A stretch of 64,000 nucleotides of DNA from an uncultured Acidobacteriota bacterium (lineage in GTDB: Bacteria > Acidobacteriota > Terriglobia > UBA7540), in contig CAWDSK010000003.1 of the NCBI GenBank assembly GCA_963804995.1, positions 608,001 through 672,000 of the forward strand. The letters are read 5' to 3'. A program made the translations under genes and the position numbers. The notes below the pieces were generated by a model. It did not search any database. It worked only from the letters and a program-made list of their open reading frames with translations, and had not been told where the DNA came from. This document shows positions 61,725-64,000 of the stretch, in pieces (the stretch's first letter is position 1; every line of letters starts with the position of its first letter).

Positions 61725-61995
61725 GATTGCTTTACTCCTCAAGGAACGTTCCTCCCGGAGCAGGAGCGCGGGGGACAGGCCTCCCTCTCCGGGGGCCACA
61801 CATCAGAGGGTGGCAAATAACGCCTGGCGCGTCTGTTCTGAATTGCTCACGGTCTCTGGTTCACCGAGGCTTCTTCCATCAAGCTTTTGGATGCGGAGGA
61901 GCGGCCGTGAGCAATTTTAGACAGACCCCTTGGCAGGAGGCCGGCATACTCGGGACGCGATTGCCATAGTATGCCACCCAGTTAAGAAAGGGATC

Positions 61996-62097
61996 GGCGC
62001 GCTCGCGACGGGCAGCCGGGTGGCGTTCCCTGTCCTCGACGCGGACGAAGAACGCTTGGATGCCAAGACGGTTTGCCGCGTTCTCAGCCCTGACTGA
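61996..62097 (+). pseudogene. Acetate kinase C-terminal remnant
   Basis: SRVAFPVLDADEERLDAKTVCRVL resembles the AckA tail (V.VI.TDEE.MIA..V). Confidence 0.55.
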
Positions 62098-62115
62098 AAT
62101 AAGGAGGATCGAACA

Positions 62116-62196
62116 ATGGCCACAAACACTCTGTCCCCGGAACTGCTCAGCAAGATGGATGCGTATTGGCGCGCCGCCAACTATCTGACGGTCGGC
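62116..62196 (+). pseudogene. Phosphoketolase N-terminal remnant
   Basis: AAGGAGG RBS; MDAYWRAANYLTVG, after which similarity stops. Confidence 0.85.
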
Positions 62197-62220
62197 AGTG
62201 TAGAGATGAGGATGGCACTC

Positions 62221-62475
62221 CTAGTGCCTATCGCGGTCACCACCGCAACTCCTCTTTGCCTCCTCAAGCTCGTGGCGACGCCTCTCCGCCTGGCTGCTCC
62301 GCTCACCGTGGCGGTCGACTGCTTTTCGGAGATTTTCCTCGGCCCTGTGGATGCGTTGCTCGCATTGGCGGTCGTTATCGCCCGCCTGAGTACGCACCAC
62401 ACCGCTCGCCAGCAACAATACTCCTAAGACGGGAATGAATAGAATTTTCTTCCACTGATTTACCTTATGCCCCAT
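62221..62475 (-). CDS. Small secreted helical protein with a Cys pair
   Basis: AGGAGG RBS, signal peptide, CEQRI...RSC. Confidence 0.75.
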   Translation of the reverse strand: MGHKVNQWKKILFIPVLGVLLLASGVVRTQAGDNDRQCEQRIHRAEENLRKAVDRHGERSSQAERRRHELEEAKRSCGGDRDRH

Positions 62476-62875
62476 GACTTCCTCCTGATCACTGAAGTTC
62501 TCCAAACTTGCTCAACCTTAGTTGGGATTCCGATTCTGGGGTTCCGGAGTTGCTGACAGCCCGCCCTGAAATCCCAGGCAACTAAATGTCTCCGAACTCT
62601 CGGCGACTTGTCTGTTCACAATTGCTCACTACGGCAGGTTGCCTTCATTAAGTGGAATGAGCAATTAAGACCATATCGGTGAGCCATGCTGAACAGACAC
62701 GCAGATGACTGCGGGGTATAAAGAATGTGCCCCGAGTTGCCAGCTAGGATCTGGTGGGAGGCGGACGGCAACAGAAGAAAACACTTAGGACTGTCATCCT
62801 GTTTGCCGCGCCCATCGCAGCCTCTCATTTTAGTCTACAGCCAGTGGAGCGACCGGATTGCTAAGGAGGTGTGCC

Positions 62876-64000
62876 GTGAAGGTCAGCATTTTGAACCGGA
62901 TGGTGGCGGCGGCTATAGTAAGCTCGGCGATGTTGGTGGGAATGAGCATACCGACCAACGGCCAGCCACAACCGCAGCAAGACGAGAAAGCGCAAAAACA
63001 GGAGCAAAAGCACGCCCAGCAGCAACCCCAGCAACAGCGGGTCCAACCGCAACCACAGCAACAACACGCCCAACAGCAACCCCAGCAACAGCGGGCCCAA
63101 CCGCAACCACAGCAACAACACGCCCAACAGCAGCCGCAGCAGCAGCGCGTTCAGCAGCAACCCCAGCAACAGCGTGCTGAGCAGCCGCCGCAACAACAGC
63201 GCGTTCAGCAGCGGCCCCAACAACAACGCGCCGAACAGCAACCTCAGCAACAGCGCGTTCAGCAGCAACCCCAACAACAGCGTGCCGAACAGCAACCCCA
63301 GCAACACGTCGTTCAGCAGCCGCCTCAGCAACAACGCGGTCAGCAGCAACCCCAGCAACAGGTCGTTCAGCAGCCGCCTCAGCAACAACGCGGTCGGCAG
63401 CAACCGCAGCAACAGGTCGTTCAGCAGCCACCTCAGCAACAACGCGGTCGGCAGCAACCGCAGCAACAGGTCGTTCAGCAGCCACCTCAGCAACAACGCG
63501 GTCGGCAGCAACCGCAGCAACAGGTCGTTCAGCAGCCACCTCAGCAACAACGCGGTCGGCAGCAACCGCAGCAACAGGTGGCGCAAGGCCGTCTACCGCA
63601 GCAGCGTCAGCAGCAGCTTATTCAACAGCAACAGCGGCAGGTGACGCAGTACCGCCAAACTTTGGATCAGGGGCAGCGTGCCGAACCCCAGCGTGTGGCG
63701 GCCCTTCAGCAACAAGGACGGAAGGCGGGGTACCGTTATCAGCAACAGTATTCAGACCACGTCCGTCAGCAGCAAATGCGTCTCCAGAACGATCGCCACG
63801 ATTACAACAGTGATCCTTACTTCTACACGGCTGCGAACTATCGTTACAACCGAGGCGGCCGCTACTACGAGACGAATCAATACGGCGCGGATTTGCTCCG
63901 GCAGGCCGTGAACTACGGTTATCAGGAAGGCTTCGGCGCCGGACAGGCAGATCGGCAGGACGGCTGGCGTTCCGACTACCAGGACTCGTATGCCTACCAG
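62876..64000 (+). CDS. Secreted Gln-rich repeat protein (partial, runs off the window)
   Basis: AAGGAGG + GTG start, signal peptide, ~21 nine-residue Q/P repeats, Tyr-rich C-domain LLRQAVNYGYQEG; missing from the ORF track because it has no stop. Confidence 0.88.
   Translation, partial: MKVSILNRMVAAAIVSSAMLVGMSIPTNGQPQPQQDEKAQKQEQKHAQQQPQQQRVQPQPQQQHAQQQPQQQRAQPQPQQQHAQQQPQQQRVQQQPQQQRAEQPPQQQRVQQRPQQQRAEQQPQQQRVQQQPQQQRAEQQPQQHVVQQPPQQQRGQQQPQQQVVQQPPQQQRGRQQPQQQVVQQPPQQQRGRQQPQQQVVQQPPQQQRGRQQPQQQVVQQPPQQQRGRQQPQQQVAQGRLPQQRQQQLIQQQQRQVTQYRQTLDQGQRAEPQRVAALQQQGRKAGYRYQQQYSDHVRQQQMRLQNDRHDYNSDPYFYTAANYRYNRGGRYYETNQYGADLLRQAVNYGYQEGFGAGQADRQDGWRSDYQDSYAYQ

Noticed and set aside
62116..62427. 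103-aa phosphoketolase gene
   Set aside because: Only 27 codons match; the rest is antisense to the gene at 62221-62475.
62861..63644. Leu-rich, Ala/Val-rich and Ser/Asn-rich ORFs
   Set aside because: These are alternative frames of the 27-bp repeat; the Gln frame has the RBS and signal peptide.

Overview
This is a GC-rich bacterial window, most likely Acidobacteriota. The assignment is inferred from Oar-type TonB-dependent receptors, a Cys-Cys-lacking quinoprotein paired with cytochrome c, and many Tat-exported sugar enzymes. Housekeeping-type genes at the left include a rhomboid protease, an EamA/NSAR-MenC/GNAT/mazG run and an orphan nuoA. A large carbohydrate region follows: UxaE, a LarA homolog, SDRs, GH33, FGGY kinases, two GH20, three ceramidase-like proteins, a DapA-like enzyme, a TPP enzyme, duplicated TBDRs around TPR+DUF1326, a CE15-like hydrolase, two TIM-barrel epimerases, DUF1080, an HpcH aldolase and a quinoprotein/cytochrome c pair. 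There are two TA modules, both with crippled PIN toxins. After tRNA-Arg(TCT) lies a decayed island with an integrase pseudogene, an ackA-xfp junction scrap and a Gln-rich repeat protein running off the end. Intergenic DNA holds many palindromic repeat families, some nested in CTAG-ended TIRs, some carrying micro-insertions, and one bracketing a TA cassette. Other hidden signals are a ~125-bp element conserved at 19.4 and 54.5 kb, several internally deleted gene remnants, and four single-base frameshifts that may be sequencing errors. All calls come from motif recognition by eye; no searches were run.
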